Source: Leucoraja ocellata (taxonomy: Eukaryota). From it: a DNA stretch of 64,000 nt. The stretch covers positions 186,001 to 250,000 of the forward strand of contig JAWMAR010000836.1 of assembly GCA_036785375.1 (NCBI GenBank). Reading direction: 5' to 3'. A program made the position numbers and the translations under genes. The notes below the pieces were generated by a model, which saw only the letters and a list, made by a program, of their open reading frames with translations, ran no database searches and was not told the origin of the DNA. Below, piece by piece: positions 36,512-47,203 of this stretch (positions within the stretch are counted from its first letter, which is position 1; each line of letters opens with the position of its first letter).

Positions 36512-37412
36512 CTGTCGAAGAACAATAAAGATTAGATTATTCAGAAGATATTTCTTAAACTTTCCNNNNNNNNNNNNNNNNNNNNNNNNNNNNNNNNNNN
36601 NNNNNNNNNNNNNNNNNNNNNNNNNNNNNNNNNNNNNNNNNNNNNNNNNNNNNNNNNNNNNNNNNNNNNNNNNNNNNNNNNNNNNNNNNNNNNNNNNNNN
36701 NNNNNNNNNNNNNNNNNNNNNNNNNNNNNNNNNNNNNNNNNNNNNNNNNNNNNNNNNNNNNNNNNNNNNNNNNNNNNNNNNNNNNNNNNNNNNNNNNNNN
36801 NNNNNNNNNNNNNNNNNNNNNNNNNNNNNNNNNNNNNNNNNNNNNNNNNNNNNNNNNNNNNNNNNNNNNNNNNNNNNNNNNNNNNNNNNNNNNNNNNNNN
36901 NNNGACAGGTTGGAATGATCTTTGCAAGGGCCATCTGTGAGTTTTCTTCCAATACATCCTAGATTGGGAGGGAGAGATAGATCAGGCATGATTGAATGGT
37001 AGAGTAGACATGATGGGCCGAATGGCCTAATTCTGCACATATTGTCCATTGTCTCTGGGGAACGATGTGCGGGCTCTGGACAGAGGGTCCAGGAACAAGT
37101 GAGTTAACGTTTACGATGAGCGTTTGTCGGCGCTGGGCCTGTACTCGCTGGAGTTTAGAAGAATGGGGGGGGGGGGGGCACCTAATTGAAACTTCACCCG
37201 AACAGTGAAAGGCCCGGATAGAGTGGATGTGGAGAGGATGTTTCCACTGGTGGGAGAGTCTAGGACCAGAGGGCGCAGCCTCAGAATTAAAGGACGTTCC
37301 TTTAGGAAGGAGATGAGGAGGAGAGAGAGAGGGAGAGGGGGAAGAGAGAGAGAGAGGAGGAGGAGGAGGTAGGGAGGGAGGGAGGGAGGGAGGGAGAGAG
37401 AGGTAAACATAC

Positions 37413-37485
37413 CATCCAACGATAACGATGATGATCGGAGTGACGATCCCAACACAAATCCAATATATGGCATCAGTTGACAGAC
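37413..37485 (-). CDS. Uncharacterised membrane protein, transmembrane exon
   Basis: tttcccatccAG / GTatgt; LSTDAIYWICVGIVTPIIIVIVG; 73 nt, phase 1-2. Confidence 0.7.
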
Positions 37486-39007
37486 CTGGATGGGAAACAT
37501 GACTTCAATATCTGATCCCTCCCCCTCCCTCTTTCTCTCTCTCCTCCCCCCATCTCTCTCTCCCCATCTCTCTCACCCCCCTCCCCCCCCACCCTCTCTC
37601 TCTCTTCTCTGTCTCAGTGGATTGAGTTTAGAAGTTGGGAGGTCACGTTGCAGTTGTACAAGATGTCGGTGAGACCATGTTTAGAATATTGTGTTCAGTT
37701 CTGGGCACCGCATTACAGGAAAGATGTCGTCGAGCTTGGAAAGGGCGCGGAGAAGATTTACGAGGATGTTGCCGGGACTCGAGGGGCATGAGCTACAGGA
37801 AGAGGTTGGGGCAGGCGGGGACACTATTCCTTGGAGCTCAGGATGATGAGCGGCAATCGTATAGAAGCGTACAAAATCACTAGAGGAATAGATCGGGTAG
37901 ACGCACAGTCTCTGTCCAGAGTAGGGAAAACAAGGACCAGAGGACATGGGTTTAAGGTGGGGGGGGGGAGGGAGATTTAATAGGCCAACATTTCCACACA
38001 GAGGGTGGTAGGTGTACGGAATGAGCTGCCGGAGGAGGTAGTTGAGGCTTGGACTAGCTCAGATAATCCCACAGATTCACCACCCTCTGGCTAAAGAAAT
38101 TCCTCCTCATCTCCTTCCTAAAGGATCATCCTTAAAACATCACCATAATTAATGAGACTGTTTAAACACCTTAAGTTTAATTAAATGCTATGTTAGGGAG
38201 GAATGGAATTATATATCATAATTCCAAGAATTATCCCTAAATGTAAAAATTGCAATTCACAGTCAGAAGAAAAAAGCTACCTTGCATTAAACAGTCCATG
38301 AGTGGGGAGAAGAAAATGTTTCTTTCCCGCAACAGTTATATTGCAAATGTTTTAATTTTACAATATAACTACCAGGATATCCTATGTATATATATATATA
38401 TCATTTATAAATCACACAATATATATAGTGCATATAATATAAACATTCATGCAGACTTATCCATAACAATCTGTCCTGGAATTCTCTAACTCAAAAATAG
38501 TCCCATTATAAAAGTTTGATTTATAATACATCTTGTGATTCGAGGACCAGAGGACACGGGTTTAAGGTGGGGGGGGGGGGGGGGGGTAAGATTTAATAGG
38601 ACAACTTTTCCACACAGAAGGTGGGTGGGTGTATAGAACGAGCTGCCGGAGGAGGTAGTTGAGGCAGGGACTATCACTACACTTGGACAGGTACATGGAT
38701 AGGACAAGTTTGGCGGGATATGGGCCAGACGTGGGCAGCAGGTGGGACTAGTGTAGATGGGACATGTTGGGCCGAAGGGCCTGNNNNNNNNNNNNNNNNN
38801 NNNNNNNNNNNNNNNNNNNNNNNNNNNNNNNNNNNNNNNNNNNNNNNNNNNNNNNNNNNNNNNNNNNNNNNNNNNNNNNNNNNNNNNNNNNNNNNNNNNN
38901 NNNNNNNNNNNNNNNNNNNNNNNNNNNNNNNNNNNNNNNNNNNNNNNNNNNNNNNNNNNNNNNNNNNNNNNNNNNNNNNNNNNCCCTCCCTCCCTCCCTC
39001 CCTCTCT

Positions 39008-39155
39008 CCACTTTTCCACCCAGAGTGTTGTGAATCTGTGACCATTTGGGACTGTGATGAGGAGAAACTTTTCCACCCAGAGTGTTGTGAATCTGTGGCC
39101 ATTTGAGACTGCGATGAGGAGAAACGTTTCCACTCAGAGTTGTGAGTCTGTGGAA
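39008..39155 (+). repeat. CR1-derived ~57-bp tandem repeat (about 2.5 units, next to a gap)
   Basis: Unit ttttccacccagagtgttgtgaatctgtg.ccattt..gactg.gatgaggagaaac. Confidence 0.75.
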
Positions 39156-39926
39156 TTCTCTGCCTCAGAGGACAGTGGAGGCCGGTTCTCTGGATACTTT
39201 CAAGAGAGAGCTAGATAGAGCTCTTAAACACAGTGGAGTCAGGGGATATGGGGAGAAAGCAGGAACGGGGTACTGATTGTGGATGATCAGCCGTGATCAC
39301 ATTGAATGACGGTGCTGGCTCGAAGGGCCGAATGACCTACTCCTGGCACCTATTGTCTATTGGTTGGTGCAAAATTTGAACCACCATAGAAACCTCTCTC
39401 TCTCTCTCTCCCTCCATACACCCACCACCTTCTGTGTGGAAATGTTGCCCCTCAGGTTCCTATTCAATTTCTCCTGCCCCCTGTATCTCTCACATTAAAC
39501 CCATGTCCTCTGGTTCTTGATTCCCCTACTCTGGGCAAGTGACTCTATGCATCTACACAATCTATTCCTCTGGTGATTTTGTACACCTATATAAGATCAC
39601 CTCATCCTCCTGCACTCCAAGGAATATAGTCCCAGCCTGCCCCAAACTCTCCCTGTAGCTCAGGCCCCTCGAGTCCCAGCAACATCCTCATAAATCTTCC
39701 CCGCGCCCTTTCCAGCTCGACGACATCTTTCCTGTAAACGATGCCCCAGAACTGAACACAATACTCTAAATGCGGCCTCACCACCAATTGTCAGGAAATT
39801 AACAGTCAGGAAAAAAAGCTGTCATGCATTTGAACAGTCCAAAGCAGGGGAGATAAAATTGTTTCTTCCCCACAGCATGCAGGAAACATTCTTATTAAAT
39901 TATATAATATGATTAGCAGAACATAC

Positions 39927-39942
39927 TCAATATTGCCATGAT
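39927..39942 (-). CDS. Candidate 16-nt microexon of the membrane protein gene
   Basis: tctttgtttatAG / GTatgt; IMAIL+a, phase 0-1, which is the phase needed to join exon 3 to the TM exon. Confidence 0.35.
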
Positions 39943-40120
39943 CTATAAACAAAGACATTGGACCTACGTTTGAAAATTAGCCGTGTTTCAATGCCATTCT
40001 GTGAATAAAATTGAACAGAGTTAATAACTTTGTATAAAAATGAGAGAGAGGGAGAGAGAGTGATAGAGAGGGAAAGGGGGGAGGGAGAGAGAGATTTAAT
40101 GATATTTAGTTATTACTTAC

Positions 40121-40216
40121 ACAAAAATAATGACGTTCAATAATATGGCATCCAGTAAACGCTGTTTTGTTTATCATCGGTGGGATACAACCTAGATCAT
40201 CGCAAACTACTGTTTC
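40121..40216 (-). CDS. Uncharacterised membrane protein, exon 3 (Cys-rich)
   Basis: ctgtctctccAG / GTaagt; only frame 0 is open: ETVVCDDLGCIPPMINKTAFTGCHIIERHYFC; 96 nt, phase 0-0. Confidence 0.7.
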
Positions 40217-40487
40217 CTGGAGAGACAGGGAGAGAGAGTGAGAGAGGGGAGAGGGAGGGAGAGGGAGAGGGACAAAGGGGAAGAGACGGGGGGGGGGGGG
40301 GGTTGAGACAGAGGGGGAGGAGAGACAGGTAGAGGAGGCATTAGTATCAGTTTCTCATACTCCCAAAATTGCTCAACCCCTCCACCTCCCTCTTCCCCCC
40401 CCCTCCCCAATCTCTTGCTCTCTCCCCCCCTCCCTCTCTCTCTCTCTCTCTCTCAATCAAAGTTACACAGAGATAAAAAATACTTAC

Positions 40488-40597
40488 ATTAATTAAAATA
40501 TCATCTCGTTGGCAGTTTTGGAAAGACTGGATTTGTGGGATAGCTTGAACTCCTGAATCTTTACACGTGTAATGTTTTTCCTCTGTGATGACATTTC
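40488..40597 (-). CDS. Uncharacterised membrane protein, exon 2
   Basis: ttttggtttAG / GTaagt; (G)NVITEEKHYTCKDSGVQAIPQIQSFQNCQRDDILIN; 110 nt, phase 1-0. Confidence 0.7.
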
Positions 40598-41082
40598 CTA
40601 AACCAAAATAGTGCATTTGAGTTGAGTGTAGTTTATTGTCCCGTGTACCGAGCGAGGTACAGTGAAAAGCTTTCTTGTCACGTGCTCTCCAGTCAGTGGG
40701 AAGACTGTACATGATCACAATCAAGCCGTCCACAGTATAGATACAGGATGAAGGGAATAACGTTTAGTGCAAGGTAAAGTTCATTAAACTAAAGAGTTTC
40801 CTGTTGAACTACAATCATCTTCTAAAATCATCATCACATTTGTCCTCCCTCACTCTCACTTACAAAGTGTCTTCCTCTCTCTCCCCCGCTCTCTCTCTCC
40901 CTCTCTCTCCCCTATGTCTCTCTCCCTCTTTCTCCCCCTCTCTCGCTCCCTCTTTCACCCCCCTCCCGCACTCTTTCTCTCTTTCCCCTCTCTCTGTGCC
41001 CCCCTCCCTCACGAACACACTCAAAACTCTCATTCACATACACACACAGTAAAAGTTAAGGGAATGGGGAGGGAGGGAGTGT

Positions 41083-41519
41083 GGAAATTTCTCGGAACAA
41101 CGTACTCTCTCCCTCCCTCTCTCTCTCCCCTCCCTCTCCTCTCTCCCCTCTCTCTCTCCCTCTCTCTATCTCTCTCAAACTTTCCGAAACTTTCCAAGAC
41201 TCTCTCAAAACTTTCTCAACCTTCCCCACCCCCTCCCTCCCTCACCCTCCCTCCCCCCCTCCCTCCCTCACCCTCCGACTCCTTTCACCTGAAGAGAAGA
41301 CGTAAGTGAGAGTGAAGAGGGAACAGAGTAATATTCCAGAGGCGAAATTCTTCCAGGAGACATTTCTTCCAGACATCTTCCCGTGGAGTGCAGAACGTGG
41401 AGAATGGCGATCAGCTGGAAGGTGAGGGAGTGAGAGGCCTGGAAACTTCCTCTCTCCCTCTCTCCGCCTGTCGGTGTGGGGAGAGAGCAGAGCGTGTTGG
41501 GGCGTGTAGTCCTGACTCA
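41083..41519 (-). promoter_or_regulatory. Putative promoter / first-intron motifs of the membrane protein gene
   Basis: AP-1 TGACTCA 41513-19, GC-box-like GGGGCGTGT 41499-507, NF-kB-like GGAAACTTCC 41441-50, overlapping GGAAATTTC and GAS TTCTCGGAA 41083-97; motif matches only. Confidence 0.35.
41289..41376 (-). CDS. Uncharacterised type I membrane protein, exon 1 (signal peptide)
   Basis: aagATG MSGRNVSWKNFASGILLCSLFTLTYVFSS-G, donor GTgaaa; 88 nt, phase 1. Confidence 0.65.
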
Positions 41520-41547
41520 CGCTCGTACACGCACGCAAACACATCAA

Positions 41548-42767
41548 CGTGCCCTCCATAATGTTTGGGACAAAGACCCATCATTAATTGGTTTCTTTAT
41601 TTAGTTGCCTCTGTGCTCCACCATTTGACATTTGTAATTCAATAAATCACACGTGATTAAGGTGCACATTGTCAGATTTTAATAAAGGCCATTTTAATAC
41701 ATGTTGGTTTCACCATGTAGAAATTACAGCACTGTTTATACATAGTCCCCCCATTTTAGGGCACCATAATGTTTGGGACACAGCAATGTCATGTCAATGA
41801 AAGTAGTCAATAATAGGCAACAGACAATAGGTGCAGGAGTAGGCCATTCGGCCCTTCGAGCCAGCACCGCTATTCAATGTGATCATGGCTGATCATCCCC
41901 AATCAATACCCCGTTCCTGCCTTCTCCCCATATCCCCTGACTCCGCTATCTTTAAGTGCCCTATCTAGCTCTCTCTTGAAAGTATCCAGAGAGCCGGCCT
42001 CCACCGCCCTCTGAGACAGAGAATTCTACAGATTCACAAATCTGTGGGTGGAAAAGTTTTTCCTCGTCTCCGTTATAAATGGCTTACCCCTTATTCTTAA
42101 ACTGTGGCCCCTGGTTATGGACTCCCCAACATTGGGAACATGTTTCCTGCCTCTAGCGTGTCCAAACCATTAACAATCATATATGTTTCAATGAGATCTC
42201 CTCTCACCCTTCTAAACTCCAGAGTGTACAAGCCCAGCCGCTCCATTCTCTCAGCATATGACAGTCCCGCCATCCCGGGAATTAACTTGGTGAACCTACG
42301 CTGCACTCCCTCAATAGCAAGAATGTCCTTCCTCAAATTTGGAGAACAAAACTGTACACAATACTCCAGGTGTGGTCTAACCAGGGCCCTGTACAACTGC
42401 AGAAGGACCTCTTCACTCCTATATTCAACTCCTCTTGTTATGAAGGCCAACAGGCCAAAACTGCAACAATACTCCAGGTGTGGTCTCACCAGGACCCTGT
42501 ACAACTGCAGAATGACCTCTTTGTTCCTATACTCAACTCCTCCTGTTATGAAGGCCAACATGCAATTGGCTTTCTTCACTGCCTGCTGTACCTGCATGCT
42601 TACTTTCATAGACTGATGAACAAGGACCCCCAGATACTGTTATACTTCCCCTTTTCCCAACTTGACACCATTTAGAAAGTAGTCATATTTAGTATTTTGT
42701 TGCATATCCATTGCATGCAATGACTGCTTGAAGTCTGCGATTCATGGACATCATCAGTTGCTGGCTG
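41548..42767. mobile_element. Tc1-like IR/DR transposon end, interrupted by CR1 and truncated by the CAGGGCTG element
   Basis: GTGCCCTCCATAATGTTTGGGACA with direct repeat CATAATGTTTGGGACA at ~41557 and ~41765; sequence resumes at 42675. Confidence 0.6.
41810..42674 (-). mobile_element. CR1 LINE 3' fragment
   Basis: RT C-terminal ORF (LYRALVRPHLEYCVQF, with an internal ~108-bp duplication); 11-bp TSD GAAAGTAGTCA at 41799 and 42675. Confidence 0.9.
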
Positions 42768-45700
42768 CAGGGCTGCCAACATTGGGTGAGAGTTGGGAGT
42801 GAGAAATTGTGAGAGACCAAGCCTAAGGGACCGTAGCGACCGGGGGTGGGAGGGGGGGGGGGGGGGGGGGGGGTGGGCAAGAGGGACACCCCCCCCCCTC
42901 CCATTGGTACAGAGCTTTTGCATTTTTCAGTTTGAAATTGTGCAATCTGGTGCATACTGTAGCGAGTCTTTTAACTTACACTTGAATGCAATATTTATGC
43001 TTTAAATTGAATTAGCTATGAACAAGGTTAGGCTAAATTACATTCCTAATTATATTCCACAGTAGAGCCAGGCTCTGATCAACAGGTGCAGCACATGAAT
43101 GATCTTAGTGTATTCATGTATGAAAATCAGATAATAATCAAACACTTGGTCCATGTTGACCAACCTGGGTCTCACTGCACACCTGGTACTACTCCTGACC
43201 CTGACTCCAGTTGCATATCTTCTCTCATTCCTGACCCTGAGTCCAGCCTTACACCTGGTGCCCTATTCTACCCTGATCATAGCTCCTTATCTGCTTAGGT
43301 TCCCAGTGCTGAACATTCCCATTGTCCCAGCTTTGACTGCACACCTTGTACTATTCCAGACCTTGACTCTGGATGCACACTTGGCCTTGCTCCTAGCCCC
43401 TCTGCATTGACAATATATCTGGCCCACACATAAAGCCCCATATCTGACCTATTTAACCTATTACGTTCAAGTCCACAGGTGCTTATCTACTGCGGTAATC
43501 ATTTATGGGGCAATTCACAGACCAAATTATCTATAACATAATTTGCTACATCCATTGGCTTCCTTGTTATCTAACATGCTAGTTACTTTGTCAAATAAGT
43601 CATCAATTGGTTGAACACAATTTCTCATCCATAAAATTATACTCACTCAGCTGTATAAATATTCTGTTACCATTTCCTTCATTTTTCTAACAAACTGTCC
43701 TGAAGTCATTTTCACCCTCAATATTTTCAGTACTTTGCTATCTTCCTCTCAGCTGGGGCTTTTCCGAAATGCAAAGTCTAATAACTATATATTTGAGCAA
43801 TATTATTCTATTTAATGCGTTAATATGAGAGTACATAATATTTTCTGTGGTATTCATAACACAACAATGATAAAAATATCTTTGTTTTGATTGTGCCTAC
43901 CAACATGCATACATTAATATATTACAGTTAATAAGTACAGAGGGCAAATTTTTGTTCCATTGCTCCCCATTCCCAATTACTTTTACTTTGAAGTGATTGA
44001 AATCCAAGTGAAGTTGAAATGGCATCAGAAAAATAAAACCTCTGGAATGGATGATATTCATTACATGGTTGGTTGGAGTCAGTATCAGCACAATTACTAT
44101 ATTAAACTTTGAATCTTCAGATGTCCTGGTTCAAGTTAAAACTAAAGACAGATAATAACCTTCTCACATGTTCCCCTACAAGTATCTCTGTCACTCCTTT
44201 AAAATATGCCCCTTCTTTGAACAAGCTCTTAAACATCGCATCTGAATCAGTTTCCATCTGATTACACTCCATGCGGATGTTCATCTACGTGTTCAATTAA
44301 TCAAACAATGAGATTGGGGACATTTCTATTCAACCTGTCAAAGGAATTGGGGGAGGGGGGTTAGAAATAGTCAGTGAGGTAAACACACAGAATAGTTGTG
44401 TGGCAAATGACAATAGTGCTACCTTCCCAATATTTAACTGAAGGAAATAATGGGATGTCAGGGCTGTATATTGTGACAGACAGCCTGACACCTTGCATGT
44501 CATTTTTAATATTACACTTATCCCATCCCGCTGGATATTCCGGATTAATAAATTAAGGTTTTGTCATCTAATTACAAATCAGACTAATTACAAATCAATA
44601 ACATTAGCCAACTCCGAAACACGAAGCGCTGAGCATTGGAATCCAGACATCACGGACAACTGCCCTCTGTTCCCCGCTCACATCTGGCAGTGCTCTCTGT
44701 TGAACCAGGGGCCACGGAGCGTTTTTGAAAGTGGGGAGGCTGAGCGATCACTGATCACTGGCCTTGGGGATACCCAGCGAGGGAGTGGAGCAACCGAGTG
44801 GGGGTGTCCCCCACCCACCGTAGGGACCTTTTTGAAATTTGATGTATTAATATCATGTTTTAGTGCATTGTAGAAGTATGATTTCAATGTTTTTTGTATG
44901 AAGTATTTTTAAGAGGTAACTTTTTAAGGGGTAACATTTTTCACATAAAGGGTGATGGGTGTATGGAACAAGCTGCCAGAGAGGTAGTTGAGGCAGGGAC
45001 TATCCCAACATTTGAGAAACAGTTAGACTGATACATGGATAGGACAGGTTTGGAGGTATGGACCAAAAGCAGGTGGCGTAGCTGGGACATGTTGGCGGGT
45101 GTAGGCAAGTTGTGCCGAAGGGCCTGTTTTCACACTGTATCACTCTATGACTACATTATACCTCCACCATGCATGAATTCTTCAAAATCAAGTGATCGAG
45201 TTTTATTGCCATATATTCAAGCATAGAAACATAGAAAATAGGTGCAGGAATAGGCCATTCGGCCCTTCGAGCCAGCACCGCCATTCAATATGATCATGGC
45301 TATTCATCTAATATCAGTACCTCTTTCCTGTTTTTTCCCCCATATCCCTTGATTTTGCTAGCCCCATGAACTAAATGTAACTCTCTCTTGAAAACATCCT
45401 GTGAATTGGCCTCCACTGCCTTCTGTGGCTGAGAATTCAACAGATTTACAACTCTTTGTGTGAAGAAAGTTTGACCTCATCTCAGTCCTCACCATCCTAC
45501 CCTTTATTCTTAAACTGTGACCCCTGGTTCTGAACTCCTCCAACATCAGGAACAATTCTCCTGCAGTTATATTAGTGAAATCTACCATTTGAAGGCCACT
45601 ATCTTCCACCGTTTCTACCCAGTGCTTGGTACTTACTTCCAGCAGCCCCTGGTTGTCTTCCAGGATGCACCGAGCCGCAGCCTGATTCATGCCGGTCACC

Positions 45701-47203
45701 TGGGGGAATTTGGCACTGAGACTCTCACGTCAGCGGCGCAACGCTTCCGACGGCCCGGGACTCTTGCACTTAGGCTGCTCCATGGCCGTAGTTGTAGCAA
45801 GTGACTCGCCAGCCCAGCAAACACTTGCCAGCCCCGGCTCCCCGTCCGCATCTGTCCCACCAATACGGTGGGCGGCGCGACTCACGTCGCAGCGGCCTCT
45901 GCAGTCCGTCTGTCTTTTTGTTATTTTTTGTCCCGTTTTAATGCAGTNNNNNNNNNNNNNNNNNNNNNNNNNNNNNNNNNNNNNNNNNNNNNNNNNNNNN
46001 NNNNNNNNNNNNNNNNNNNNNNNNNNNNNNNNNNNNNNNNNNNNNNNNNNNNNNNNNNNNNNNNNNNNNNNNNNNNNNNNNNNNNNNNNNNNNNNNNNNN
46101 NNNNNNNNNNNNNNNNNNNNNNNNNNNNNNNNNNNNNNNNNNNNNNNNNNNNNNNNNNNNNNNNNNNNNNNNNNNNNNNNNNNNNNNNNNNNNNNNNNNN
46201 NNNNNNNNNNNNNNNNNNNNNNNNNNNNNNNNNNNNNNNNNNNNNNNNNNNNNNNNNNNNNNNNNNNNNNNNNNNNNNNNNNNNNNNNNNNNNNNCCCTG
46301 CACGGAGAACCCGACCTTTTCCCTGTCGGGTCTCCGTTGTCGTTGGGGCTGCAACGTGGAGCGGCCTCCAGCAGGAACGTCCTGAGTCTCCAGTCGCGGA
46401 GCTGCGGAGCTACTCACCATCGTGGAGCTGGCCGAGTCCGGAGCGGGAGGAGCGGTGGTGGCGCTCGGCTGCGACCCGACCCCCGGGGATTCGGAGGCTC
46501 CGGCCGCGGGTCCGGTGGACGATGATATCAGGTGCCCGCGGGTCCCTGGTGGGAGACCGCTTATCGAGGCTTCTGCAACGGCGACTTCTCCTGCCCGAGT
46601 CCCGGGGTCGAGGAGTGCCTGGAGTGGGGCCTTACATCACCGCCCGGCGCGGCTTCAACGGCTGTGGGACTTTGCTAGAGTCCGCCGGGGGCTCCAACAA
46701 CAAGACCCGGAGCGTGGCCTTGCACCGCCCGGCGCGGCGTTAATGGCAGCGGGACAATTGCCATCGCCCGCCGGGGGCTTTGACTCTGACATCGGGAGGG
46801 GAATGGGAAGTGCAGGGGAGAGATAAGTTTTTTGGCCTTCCATCACAGCGAGGAGGAGATGCGCTGTGATGGATGTCTATGTAAATTGTGTTGTGTCTTG
46901 GGTCTTTTTTTTCACATGTGTATGACTGCAGAAACAACATTTCATTTGAGCCTCTATGAGGTTCAAGTGACAAATAAATTGTATTGTGTATTGTATTGTG
47001 TTGTGTTGTACTTCTGCTTCCATCCCAACCGCAGCCCCGGCTCTCCAACACCCGCAGCCCATGCAGTTGATGAGTTTTGAAATTGTCGTTGATCACAGAA
47101 TTTCTCACGACAGAGCGTGATAAATTTGTGGTCAGCGTGTGAGCATGAGAATTTGTCGAAATGCGTGATTCTCATGCTCAATGCGTGAGAGTTGGCAGCC
47201 CTG
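42768..47203 (+). mobile_element. Copy 2 of the CAGGGCTG element, with right end
   Basis: CAGGGCTGCCAAC start; subterminal GCGTGA/TGAGA repeats at 47100-47190; ends GTTGGCAGCCCTG; spans a gap. Confidence 0.75.

Larger units (their letters stand above)
33865..47203. mobile_element. Large composite hAT-like DNA transposon unit (non-autonomous)
   Basis: TIR CAGGGCTGCCAA at 33865 and TTGGCAGCCCTG ending at 47203; TSD ACTTACT/ATTTACT; flanks rejoin into one CR1 fragment; a second left end at 42768. Confidence 0.65.

Noticed and set aside
36279-37049. Long ORFs containing X runs (also 38486-39133 and 45689-46743)
   Set aside because: Artefacts of N gaps
40840-40876. Inverted similarity to the signal-peptide exon (cactctcacttac)
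   Set aside because: Short and adjacent to CT-rich low complexity; may be chance
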